A DNA stretch of 63,692 nt, filler included, from Collodictyon triciliatum (lineage: Eukaryota): NCBI GenBank assembly GCA_043381765.1. It is 27 parts of 27 records of this genome, joined end to end, with 100 filler letters (N's around TTAATTAATTAA, not from the genome) between each part and the next. Parts side by side here need not be neighbours in the genome. Positions count along the whole stretch, not along the records: positions 26,568 to 28,839 come from JBHJMP010009167.1; positions 28,940 to 31,210 come from JBHJMP010009168.1; positions 31,311 to 33,580 come from JBHJMP010009169.1; positions 33,681 to 35,950 come from JBHJMP010009170.1; positions 36,051 to 38,319 come from JBHJMP010009171.1; positions 38,420 to 40,688 come from JBHJMP010009172.1; positions 40,789 to 43,056 come from JBHJMP010009173.1; 20 more parts are not named here. One strand, given 5' to 3'. The notes beneath the pieces are model-generated. The model saw only the letters and a program-made list of their open reading frames with translations, was not told the origin of the DNA and did no database searches. Of this stretch, positions 28,482 to 40,988 are shown piece after piece; positions within the stretch are counted from its first letter, which is position 1; every line of letters begins with the position of its first letter. Position numbers and translations under genes: made by a program.

Positions 28482-29232
28482 CGCACGCTGGCCGGGTGCT
28501 TCGCGTTAGTCTCTTTGGCTTCGACTGGCTGCCGGGCAGCGCTTTGCGAGAAGAAAAGAAAAAGAAATCGAAAAGGAATAAAGAAAAGGGAAACGAAAAC
28601 GGAAAGGGAATAAAGAAAAGGAAACCGAAAACGAAGAGGGAATAAAGAAAAGGAAAAGGAAAAGGAAAAAGGAAAAAGGAAAAAGGAAAAAGGAAAAAGG
28701 AAAAAGGAAAAAGGAAAAAGGAAAAAAAAAAAAAGGAATAAAGAAAAAGGAAATAAAAAAAGGAATAAAGAAAAAGGAAATAAAAAAAGGAATAAAGAAA
28801 AAGGAAATAAAAAAAGGAATAAAGAAAAAGAAAAAGAAANNNNNNNNNNNNNNNNNNNNNNNNNNNNNNNNNNNNNNNNNNNNTTAATTAATTAANNNNN
28901 NNNNNNNNNNNNNNNNNNNNNNNNNNNNNNNNNNNNNNNTTTGTTTGTTTGTTTGTTTGTTTGTTTGTTTGTTTGTTTGTTTGTTTGTTTGTTTGTTTGT
29001 TTGTTTGTTTGTTTGTTTGTTTGTTTGTTTGTCTGTCTGTTTGTCTGTTTGTCTGTTTCTTCTTTCTTCTTCTTTTCTTTCTCTATTTCTCATTTGATTA
29101 ACATTTTTCGTCTTGAGCTCTCACTTGTTATTTTAGCTTTAATATGCTATTTTTACGTAAGTGACGCAATATGTATTTTGTGCAAGTTCTGTTGAATTTG
29201 ATTTTTTTCTTCCTTCGACTATTATTCTCCAG

Positions 29233-31059
29233 ATTGGTAGCTGTATAGCTCATACAGCCGGTGAAGTGATTCTGGTGCATGACCCTGTGGTTGTTCGGGA
29301 GCAAAAACTATTGTTGGAGGAGAATGAAAGGTACTCATGTGATTCTATGTCTTTGTCCAGAAAAAAGCATAATCCAAATCAAGGACCTCTTTCATCTGAC
29401 TATGCTCTGCGATGTTTTATTCAGACAGCATCGCGGAATTACTAAACGTGCGACAATATGCACGTCATGCCATCGCCGTAGAAAACCTGCCGAGATATTC
29501 CAGCTCTCTGTTAGTCATTTCCTCTATCTCATCCTTCCCGATAGCCAATATAATAGCCATGATGAATGAATATTGGACTTGATCTATCTGACTGCCACCA
29601 ACAGAAATTACATCACTATGCTGAGTTTTATGCGATATATGTTAGGTTTGTTTTCATTCACACTGCCTTTCTTGCCTGAGAACACATGTTCGAGAAAATG
29701 TCCAAAAAGGTTGCTCTGGAGAAATCCGCTGTCCTTTGGCGTGCTGCAATGCAGCCATTGACCATGGGGACATGAAGGTTCTGACAACATTTATTTTGAT
29801 ACACATTCGTTTCACTTAATAAAAACAGAGGCCTTTTGTCTTTGGCCTGAATAAACTGCTGGAGTTCAAATCATTCCGCCGTCTTCATATGCATCATGCT
29901 TGCATGTAGACCTTTTTGAGCACAGCCGATTTCGATGCCTTTATGTCTACGACACTGGACGCCCTCGTGTCTAACAACCCGCACTTCTTCCGTTGTCCGA
30001 ACAAAACCTGCCGTCTCGTAATGGAGCGAATCGATGTGGACTCCACACTTCTGCCTGAAGAAGGCTCTATAATGGTCTGTGTTTCTATGACTAGATTTTC
30101 GTTCATTCCATCAAGTGCTTGTAATTTCATAGCCGTTTAAACAAATATTAAACAAATACATGAATTGTTGATTTTATTCTCTAGATATTGATGGAATCGT
30201 CCGTCTGCAGAGTGAGACAAAATCAACTGATATAAAATAATACAATAGAATCAAGATGGAAAACCATTATCCATGGAGCAGCTTCGTCACAGAGCTGAGA
30301 ATCGATTTCGCTGTCCAAAATGCAACACTGAATTCTGTGCGTCATGCTCGACCACGCCATATCACTTGGGTTTCACTTGCCAAGATGTTTGATTTAATCT
30401 GCTTGGAATATTGAATTTATTTGACGGTGCGATGATATTTTTTCTAGTTTATGTGTCTCTTTTCGTCCTATGTTAATAATTGGTGGAGTAGTCACTATGA
30501 TATTTTTCCAGTATGAGCTGTACTCCAAAGCAAGACACTGTCGGTTTTGCTCAGTCGTCTTACCACCTATAACTGTTCCCCTTACACCTAGAAAACTGGT
30601 ATGTGATGCCCTTCGTGATGAATTCGTTTGTCTCTCTTATTTTCACATATTGTAGAAAACACTGAAACGGATCTTTCGTACATATAACTACACTCTATGG
30701 GGATGGAAAAGGCAAATATCTTATGCATCACTCATCCATTATAAACTATCCTCATTCACTTGTAGACTTATGTTGGAAGAAGAAAAAATATGCATTCGGC
30801 GTTGTCTGATGTTTGTGCCAGTGCCGAATGTATCAACAAACTGGAGCACTCGTGCCCAAAGGTATACACCCTGATACATTGAGTTTCTGATTCTTGATTA
30901 ATTTTAAACGTTTCAAACTTCTTTTCTTGGTGCCATTACCCATTCAAACGTTACAAATCACTGAAGGTTCATTCGTGTGGACATCATTGCATCGGTGTGT
31001 GGAGAGAGAAACAGTGTCCCCCGTGTTTACATGAAGGCTGCGCCCCCAAAGACTCTGTG
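29233..31059 (+). CDS. IBR-like domain + MYCBP2/Highwire-like Cys-rich E3 ligase, partial, multi-exon
   Basis: FFRCPNKTC...RFRCPKCNTEFCASCSTTPYHLGFTC (IBR-like), then ARHCRFC...VCASAEC...SCPKVHSCGHHCIGVWREKQCPPCLHEGC. Exons before 29910 are not fully resolved. Confidence 0.75.
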
Positions 31060-31318
31060 GTATGTGAAATATGAGCACCGCATACGTGATTTTTGCTCTG
31101 TCCCTCATATATCCTTTCCTGCACACACATACACACATACACACATACACACATACACACATAAACACACATAAACACACACAAAAGAAAAAAATGAAAA
31201 AAAAACGAAANNNNNNNNNNNNNNNNNNNNNNNNNNNNNNNNNNNNNNNNNNNNTTAATTAATTAANNNNNNNNNNNNNNNNNNNNNNNNNNNNNNNNNN
31301 NNNNNNNNNNTTTTGTTT

Positions 31319-31356
<38 letters not shown>

Positions 31357-32959
31357 GTTTGTTTACATCGAAAATGAGTCGGGTGTTGAAGGAGAAAGAT
31401 AAAAGTAAATTTAGTTTTCTTATTACAAACTCTAGTCGCGCAGAGAAATCCAAAGCAAAAAAAACATAGGAAAGTGATGGACGGAGTGAAGGGGAAAAAA
31501 TGGGGCTAGTGTCTTGGTTGACTGAATAAGCGACTTTGTAATTGTCCTGAAAGTAAAAATAGCCTGGGATATATATATATATATATTGTTTTCTGATACT
31601 GCAACCCAATCCATCTCTTCCATCACATTATCAATTCTTCATCGATTATTCATTTTTATTTGTAACGGCCTATGAACAGAGGGAAATATTACAACTGCAC
31701 AAAATAAAATGCGAACCTATGGAAGGTTTATTAACATTATCATTATCATTCACATACAATACAAAACACAAAAACGCCAGAACATCGTATTGTATTAGCT
31801 GAAGAGAAAAGCACATTTTGCGCAACAAATGGCCAACATATCGACTTTATCCATTCAGATATCTGATGGAAAGGGATGCAGTCCGTGACCTAAAAAAATC
31901 AATAAATCAAAGCACTTTGATACATTTCACTGCTTATTGTTGCTCTTGAAAACACTGCAGGCACATATCGCTATTGGAATCCAAAGTCTAGTTTAATAGC
32001 TTGTTACTTCTTCCTTCTTTTCTTTCTTTTTTTCAATAGTTTATTGATCAAACACATCGCCAAAGATGAATACCGTTTTATTTGAATCTATTTTTTTTTG
32101 AAAAGGCTGATATTTGATGCGGGCTTAAGTGACGCCCACCACCTTTCGAGTATCTTTACTGACTCATTATAGTGGCTTACAAAACCTGACACAAAGCAAA
32201 GGTTTATGCTATAATATTACTTTTTTTACGTTTCAAAAGGAATATATGATATTATTGGATATTCTGTAAAAATAATAACTTATTAGAACACTGCTAGAAA
32301 TCTCTTTTTTTGTAAGTTACTGATCTCACACTGTCGTTGAGGTCAATATGGCTCATTGATTTTTTTCCTTTCATATTTTGTTTAAAGAAAGTGTTTTATT
32401 ATGATTATACAGCCCGCCCTAGTTTTTGCGCCTTGGTTGAAAGCACGAACGCGTTTTGGATTCGGTTTCAGGTCGGTGTAGTATAGAAACTAAATTCATG
32501 ACTCATATAAATATATATCTATTGTGGGTCGAGCTTCATACAATCCTTAAAAGCTGTAACTACCAAAGGCCTGACTTGGATTCTATCCGAGGCCTAGCTT
32601 CCGGCAAAGTCCAAGTGAAGCAGCTGATTTAAATCAGATAATGAATGCGCAACCAGTAGACACATCATGTGAAAGTCGCTTATCTTTATTTAAAAAAAGA
32701 ACATTCAATTTGGATATAGTGCTGTATTTGATTTTTTTGCATAGTTATTTGATTGAATGCCTTTAGCCCGTGATAAATATATGTATATGAACTATGCTGA
32801 CCCACTAAAACCTATTTCCTGAGTAACCTCGTTTCACCATTTGTTGCGATGCTCTGTTTAAATGCATCGTTCGAAGAATCCATCGCGTTCGTTATTTATT
32901 TGATCCACAAAGTCCAAGTCAAAGCCAATGTACTTTGCTTATAGACCCATCTTACTGAA

Positions 32960-33580
32960 CCATTCTTTGCCATTTTATTTTTTTATTCTCATTTTCAATT
33001 TTGTGCAGGATGGAGTTCCTGTCTCCAAGGTGCCAGCCTTCTTTCACGTGGACGCTACTTGGTTGTCGGATGGCGGAGAAGTAGTCGGTAATCAGGAATT
33101 GCATCCTGCGGTTTTGCCTGTAGCCTGGGTCTTGTGCTTGCGTGAGAGATACAAGGCGAGGTTGAATCTCTTTCTCAGGTTCTTTCCACATGTCTCTTCT
33201 CACAAGGTTTTAGTAGGAGAGAACGTGCAGGTGGCGAAGAAAGTTGTTGAGGAAAGATATTTGTATAATGTCACCCAGCCTATTATCAGGAATGGGTGGT
33301 TGGTGGTTGAGTCTTGAATGGTGTGAGTATATGCGCGCTATACACATAGTCCATAGCAAATGGCCTCGCGTCACTGCCCAGAATCTTTTTTTCGCATCTG
33401 AACGCAGCTGTTGCAGAGGCCCAAATATCGCCTGAATTGACCAACAGCCGCAGCCGTCTTGAGTGTCAGTCGAAGAATCTTTGGCTGTTTCGCGCAGGTT
33501 TTGAGCGAAGGGACATTGCACAGATGTGTGCTCAATGGATTCATCACCGTTGCTGCAAAGTGTGCATTGTTGGGAGACTT
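32960..33580 (-). mobile_element. Decayed 3' end of L1/Tx1-like ORF2 (zf-RVT CCHC domain) with A-rich tail
   Basis: QCTLCSNGDESIEHTSVQCPFA...IFG...FWAVTRGHLLWTMCIAR, an internal TAA, then RRDMWK...QFLITDYF, and an AATAAAAAAATAAAA tail. Confidence 0.82.
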
Positions 33581-33680
33581 NNNNNNNNNNNNNNNNNNNN
33601 NNNNNNNNNNNNNNNNNNNNNNNNTTAATTAATTAANNNNNNNNNNNNNNNNNNNNNNNNNNNNNNNNNNNNNNNNNNNN

Positions 33681-33757
<77 letters not shown>

Positions 33758-33989
33758 AAAAATTGAAAATGTTCGTTACTATTAAAAGCATAAAATATAA
33801 TCACTTTCTCTGAAATACATATGTCTGCTTCTCAACTCCGAGCCAAAGACAGACGACAGCGCGCAGAACTAACCAAGCAACTAATTAACCAACCCCCAAA
33901 AGAAAAAAAAGAAGTGATCTCTGTAGAGATACAGGAACTTGGGCCCGCCGCAAAACTGACAGCGATCCAAAGACACTCCACGCCGGCCA

Positions 33990-34323
33990 ATGCACGCCCC
34001 GCATGAACCCCCCGACAAGCCCAAAGGCCGAGACGCCTGCACAAACATCAAATGCCGCCCGGCACAAGACTTCGGGGCTTTTCATCCGCCTTTGCAGTCG
34101 TATCCTTCGGCTCATATTCCTACATTGCTGGACAGAGACCCGATTATCGGCGCGCCTGCGCATCATCCCGCCCACTCGCAGCCAATCCACGTCGCGTTCT
34201 TCAAAGATCCCTTCATGCACGGCTCGCATTTCAGACTGGAGTCCCATGGCCCTTGGACATTCTTTGCCCTTGTGCATCAAATCGCGGTTTGTGTGTGTAT
34301 GTGTGTATGTGTGTATGTGTGTA

Positions 34324-34356
<33 letters not shown>

Positions 34357-35059
34357 ATGTATGTATGTATGTATGTATGTATGTATGTATGTATGTATGT
34401 ATGTATGTATGTATGTATGTATGTATGTATGTATGTATGTATGTATTTGTTTTGTTTGTTTGTTTGTTTGTTTGTTTGTTTGTTTGTTTGTTTGTTTGTT
34501 TGAATGCAAAAAGGCTTTTTCTATCTCTCATGCAACTCTTAGACTCCGAAACATGGAAAATATGATACTTATATGCAATTTGATATCTTTATTTTTATCT
34601 TATTTTCGTTCTGATACTTAATTACCATCTTTGAAATGATATTTGACTCTGACTTGTAATATGTCTGTCTATATGTGTACATCTAATTCTTTTTATGATA
34701 CTCGATTATATATTATGACAGTTTCTCTTGTTATAAGCGGCCTCTGTGTATAAACTTTTCTCCATCATTATGAAAAACTTACAATTTTCCTGTGTTCTCT
34801 ACAGAATACCCTTCCACCCGACCCACATCCATTCCAACACGCCTTGCAATATCGAATTACTGGTGGAGAATATCCGTGGCTACGAATAGACCCATGCATC
34901 GAAATCTTCCACGCAAAAATCATTGTAAGAATCGACCCAGAGTCATGGGCACCGCTGCTCAGATTAGACGAAGGAAACGAAATGTCGCAAAAATTAGATT
35001 TGTCTGCAGAGAAGCCTTGTTTGTTTCCTAATACCAATCCGCATTCTATTTTATTATAA
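33990..35059 (+). CDS. Possible two-exon hypothetical protein
   Basis: The frame ...PWTFFALVHQIA (GTTTGT donor) joins in phase 0 to TACAG|NTLPPDPHPFQHALQYRITGGEYPW.... No family recognised, and the 5' end is uncertain. Confidence 0.3.
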
Positions 35060-35897
35060 TAAAATTATTCATCCAAATCATGCAGAATACATACGGAATA
35101 TTTTTAGTTTTTTTTATCGCGAAATTAATTCGGAACCCGACTATATCCATTCTCCCTCAAATGATTAATAATAATTGTAATGATATTAATAAACTCCATT
35201 CGATGTAGCGAATCATGTTGGCACCCTTGACTTAAGATTTTTCCAGGAGAATGAAACGCACAGCCAAAAACTAAGCTCGAGTTGCATGGAAAGAATTCGC
35301 CAGATCGGTCGCTCTGTGTGGGCCCCGTACATTGAAGAAGCCTCACAAAGGGCTTCACAAACCACCGACCAGAAAAAGCTCTCCGATATTATGAACCAGG
35401 CTGTATGAGACAAATCAATCTGGATTATCATGCTTTTAAATTAGATTAAATCAAAAAAGAAACATTTGTGGTGATGAGGGAAAATATCGTTTAGAAAGAG
35501 CCTTAAAACAAATTACCTCTGGTAAAACACAGAGGCATTATTTTCGGAATCATGCAGGATTCGAAAGAATAATTGAGAAAGAATTTTCACACTGTGACCC
35601 AGATTCTTTGAGGAGTTATGTAATGGAATTAACTCGAGGCTTTGCATGGTATTTGATACCTTCAAACCGAGACAGAAAGCGAAGTCAGGTTAAAGAATCT
35701 CGACGTAGGAGAAAGGTTCCATTTTCTTTTCTTTCAGCCCAGAATTATTTCTATTTACAATTCATTTTGTTATTAATATCATTCCAAATGCGCAAACCTT
35801 TATCTTTTATTTATGTTCATATTCTGTTTTTGTTTTTTTTGTTTTTTTTTGTTTTTTTTGTTTTTTTTTGTTTTTTTTGTTTTTTTTTGTTTTTTTT

Positions 35898-35950
<53 letters not shown>

Positions 35951-36050
35951 NNNNNNNNNNNNNNNNNNNNNNNNNNNNNNNNNNNNNNNNNNNNTTAATT
36001 AATTAANNNNNNNNNNNNNNNNNNNNNNNNNNNNNNNNNNNNNNNNNNNN

Positions 36051-36110
<60 letters not shown>

Positions 36111-36369
36111 CATTATCATTATCATTATCATTATCATTATCATTATCATTATTTTTTATTAAAAAAAAAAAGAAGAAATGACTGAAGTTGAATTTTCACG
36201 AAGCCCCAGAATAAAGACATTAATGATTCTCTATAATTTTACCTCATGTTTAGACTTCTTAGAGTCCTTATTCGTGGTTCTGCTCTGGTGTGCGAATATT
36301 TGAAATTGAATGAAAATTGTTTTTTGTTTGACGCTTCAATAAGGCATCGAATGTGTATGCGATTCAGAT

Positions 36370-38033
36370 AAACCTCAGCCTCTTGGTTTCGTTTATGAGA
36401 ACTTGATTGATCTGAGGATGCCTCTCTGTGATGAGATGATTTCCTAGGGTCGCATAGTTGGTACATAATATCAAATAAAATATCATGAGTTGGCATTTTC
36501 TAATATTCCTGTCTTAATGTCGCCAAAAAATGCATTTTCTAGGACACACCTCAGTTTCTGTGCGACGATACTGGCGATCTCTTTCGGATCTAATTAAAAG
36601 AAATGCTGAGTTTTCAAACGCGACATAGACGTTTATGACTGAGTGGCGAGAATTACACAAAAATCGGTCATCAAGCCAGAGTCATTTGTTGGGCAAATTG
36701 TTGATTCACAACTGTTGTATTTTCCAACCACTGCATGAAATTTCTCATGATATCATTTAGTGCTCTAATGTTTCGATGAAGCATAAATAAAAATGGACCA
36801 GAACCTTTTTTTGGTTCTGATTCCTCACAGTCATCTTTGGGGTGTACAAACTGTGCTTCAAATTTCTGCTTATCTACCGAGTAACCAATCCCTCTATGTC
36901 CTCTAGTTTGGTCAGCAGCGGTAGAAACCTGGAGTTGATTTTATTTATGAAAGAAAAAAGTGTGCTGAATATCAAAACTATGGAAGCACGTTATGATTAC
37001 CTCTTTGTAGATTCTCTCTTGATCAGACTCTGTGAAGCCATCTTTTCATATGCGAGTCACATAACATAAAAAGACATTTATTTAGAATAAGGTGCTTATA
37101 GAAGTAAAAAAAAAATTTCAGATTGAATTTTTTTGACAGGAGTTGGTTCCTGTTTGAATAGTCGGCTTGTCCATCGCATTTGTTTAAGGTGAGAGAAAAG
37201 GATGGTTTGTTTATCAGTAACCCCATTGATATTCCTTTATATACCTCCATGTGCATGCACAAACTCATCCTCTACAAATCCACCTTTCCACTTGTGTACC
37301 TTTTGAGAATCACCGTGGTACCCAAGTCCGTGATGACTCTTTGAGCCTTGTGAGCCCTCCAAAGTCTAACGCGAAGGGAGAAATTAGCGGTATATTATTC
37401 TTAAAAATTGGTTATATTCCTGTTGTTGTTTTTTCAAGACAATGGTATCAAAATAATCCTTTTTGGCTCGTGAAATGATATATAAGCAGTCAGAAAAGGA
37501 TGGGATTATAAAGAGCCCAATTATGTAACCGAATATGCTGGTATGTTTATACCAACCTCTTTGTAAATACGCTCCTGGTCATTCTCGGTGAAGAAGTCTA
37601 TGATTATTTGATTATATTTTTTGAATATGTTTATATTTAATTTGAAGATGAAAGAAGAATGGTAATCTCAGGCGAGATATAAGGTATACCATGCCGTGTA
37701 TCAGGATGGGATGCACGAACAAAAGTCGCTTCAGGTCGATCCTTCTCTGGGTGGTATCCTATTCCGCGGTGTCCTCTGGGTAATTGGGCCTCCTTTGAAG
37801 CCTATTAAAAAATAAAAGAAGTGAGAGAAAAGAAAGGAGAGTACCACTTCTTTTTTTGTTTAAGTGGGACTAAACCATTACTTAGTTTATTGAGGCTGTT
37901 TTCTGTTTTTACTTTGGAATTAGGACATTGGCAGGAAAGCAAGTAAGAGAGAGGGAGAGTAGAAGTAAAGCAAAAGCCAGACAGGCACCTCGTTGTAGAT
38001 TCGCTCCTGATCATTCTCTGTGAAGCCGTTCAT
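36370..38033 (-). CDS. Multi-exon protein with three FTExDQERIYxE...HxG(I/L)GY repeats
   Basis: In-phase GT-AG exons give MNGFTENDQERIYNE/ASKEAQLPRGHRGIGY, DFFTENDQERIYKE/TLEGSQGSKSHHGLGY and DGFTESDQERIYKE/VSTAADQTRGHRGIGY. The 3' exons and end coordinate are approximate. Confidence 0.7.
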
Positions 38034-39031
38034 TAATATTCCTCGGTTTGGTGGACAGGGTCTGAGCGATGTTGAGTCCGGCCTGTTGAGTGCTTGTGGC
38101 TCGGGGCGTTAAACTGGGGTGACAACGCTTTCAAGAACAAGCACTACTTCCATCTGTCTCTCTCCAGTTCAAAGGCAGCTTTTTATCGTCGGATGAAGTT
38201 GTTTGTTTGTTTGTTTGTTTGTTTGTTTGTTTGTTTGTTTGTTTGTTTGTTTGTTTGTTTGTTTGTTTGTTTGTTTGTTTGTTTGTTTGTTTGTTTGTTT
38301 GTTTGTTTGTTTGTTTGTTNNNNNNNNNNNNNNNNNNNNNNNNNNNNNNNNNNNNNNNNNNNNTTAATTAATTAANNNNNNNNNNNNNNNNNNNNNNNNN
38401 NNNNNNNNNNNNNNNNNNNCTTTTTTCTTTTTTCTTTTTTCTTTTTTCTTTTTTCTTTTTTCTTTTTTCTTTTTTCTTTTATCCACGGCCTTGTCTCTTG
38501 CGACTGTTGCGTTGTCGAGCGCCACTTGCGCGGCCTCTGTGCGGAATCGGCGAAAGTAGAATGCCTTTTGGGGGTGCAAGCAGGGCGATCATACCAAATA
38601 ATCACGACCACAAATATATGTGGATTTTATAAGTTCAACAATCTTAAATCATCAATAATCACCATTATGATATATTAATAACATTATACATGAAATATGA
38701 ACAATATGATACATAAAATAAAACTTAGATGCAGCAACAATACACTAACCCACCAAACATGGCGCAATGACGCACTCGGCATACACCACTATTTCTGTAA
38801 TCAGAAATCTGCAACCAACCCGAGTCCAAATCCATATTATTTCCTCTTCGTATCCCTCAATTAGCCTCCAAGCAAGTATTCTAACAAACCAACTAATGAT
38901 GAGTCTGTAAACGCCCCGCCCTTTCAGTCAGACCCAACCAGGCCAACTCCCACGAGAAAACGAGGGCTGAAGAAACAAATCAGAAAAGCACTCACACTCA
39001 ACCCTTCTCTTAATCCACAGGATCGAAGTCG

Positions 39032-40478
39032 ATGTCTTCTGGAAAGGAGGCCTCGATTTTAAAGTCTCTGGACGTTCAGGTGGTCTCTCCTACGTAAGTA
39101 CCCGAGAATCTTTTCCTTGGCGAACTCCTTCTTCCAGGCTATTTTCCAAAACTCACCTTCCTTTCACCTAACTCCTCCTTCTCTTGAACCTCGCCCTCTC
39201 AATTTTTTTATTTTTATATTATCTTTCTTTTAGACATGACCGCTTTGTTTCCTCTTTTGCAACCGAGATGTATATGTTTAACCTTTTGTGTTTCTCTCCG
39301 AGTTTCCTGGCAAGCTTACTCTGACGAATAGTGATTCTTTTAGAGGAACCCCGTTTGCTCTTCGGGACTCTTGGGAGAAGGGATCCACGCTGATAGTCCT
39401 GCTCCGCCGCTTCGGATGAGTAGGCACTTTCTTGAGAAACATTTCAGCTTCTGTTGTCTTGGGACACTCTCATAGATTAATTACTTTTTAGAACTCGTGT
39501 CCTTTTTTGATTTTTTTTTTAAGCAACATTGTGATCAATTCAACACCTGATATATCGTAGGTTTTGTGCCGCCATTCGGCCGCTCGTCTGTCCCTGATGA
39601 AACCGTTGATGGACAGCTTGAGTGTGCGAATGGTGGCGGTCGGACTGGAACGGTCTCTGCCCTTCATCGCTTCACTCGTTCTCCATATTCTCCAACTCTT
39701 CTTGATGTTACAATAATAACTACTCACCTTTCATGTTCTTTGAGTTGTATTATATTTAGAGATAATTACAAAAATTCTTTTGGTGGTTATCTCACGTAAT
39801 TTTTTTCATTTCTTTAATGCAGCCTTGGGTTGGATGAATTCATCGAAGGCAAGTACTGGTCCGGTGACCTCTATATTGATGAAAGTCAGGTGTGCTAAGC
39901 CTTTGTTATTCACTGTATATATTTATCTTTCCGTTAGTATATTAGTCATTTCTTACCTTCCGTATTTTCAGTCATCATACAAGAATCTTGCGTTGAAGCG
40001 ATTTGGTTTCACTGACGGATATGGTTTGCTCGATCGCTCCCTTTTCACTGCGGTTGGACAGGCTGAAGGTGTTGGATTTAAAGGCAACCTCAAAGGCGAT
40101 GGATAGTACGTTATCTTTGTTTACAGTATACATGATTAAACACATCCTTCTTTCCCTCTAACAGAGTCAGGTATCTCACTCAAATGCATTCTTTTACTTT
40201 ACGTGTGATGATAGCCAACTCGGAGCCACTTTTGTGATTATGAGGACTGAGAGTGGTAACCCCCCCCCCCCCCCCCCCCCCCCCACCACCACTAATCTAT
40301 ATATCATGCCGTGTTCAAAGGTTCAATCCATCACATTTTGACAGGCATACAGCGTGGACTAACATCATTAATGAATATTATATTCAAAGGCTACCAAATC
40401 CCATTCGAGCACCGCCAGACATCTTATGCTGACCACCCGAAGAACTTAGACATCGTCAAAGCCATGAACCTAAGTCCG
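39032..40478 (+). CDS. Peroxiredoxin-like 2 / selenoprotein U family (PRXL2B-like) with in-frame TGA, 8 exons, probably 3'-partial
   Basis: Spliced product: ...LRDSWEKGSTLIVLLRRFG[TGA]VLCRHSAARLSLMKPLMDSLSVRMVAVGLERLGLDEFIEGKYWSGDLYIDESQSSYKNLALKRFG...GFKGNLKGDGYQLGATFVI...FEHRQTSYADHP. Confidence 0.9.
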
Positions 40479-40603
40479 GTAAGGCCGGGATGGGCTATAT
40501 TTTGAAGAATACATTTCCTTTTCAACCCTTACATTTTCTCTGAGACTCAAGCTCAAAAGAAACAATAAAAACAAATATTAATAAATAATACCAAATAAAC
40601 AAA

Positions 40604-40673
<70 letters not shown>

Positions 40674-40988
40674 AAAAAAAAAAAAAAANNNNNNNNNNNN
40701 NNNNNNNNNNNNNNNNNNNNNNNNNNNNNNNNTTAATTAATTAANNNNNNNNNNNNNNNNNNNNNNNNNNNNNNNNNNNNNNNNNNNNAAAAGACAATAA
40801 AAGACAATAAAAGACAATAAAAGACAATAAAAGACAATAAAAGACAATAAAAGACAATAAAAGACAATAAAAGACAATAAAAGACAAAAAAGACAAACAG
40901 ACAGAAAACCCTCACCAACACATCAATCCAAAATCTCCCATCGCACCTCTATCCATAGAGCACAGACTTCAGCAACTATTACTCGCAA

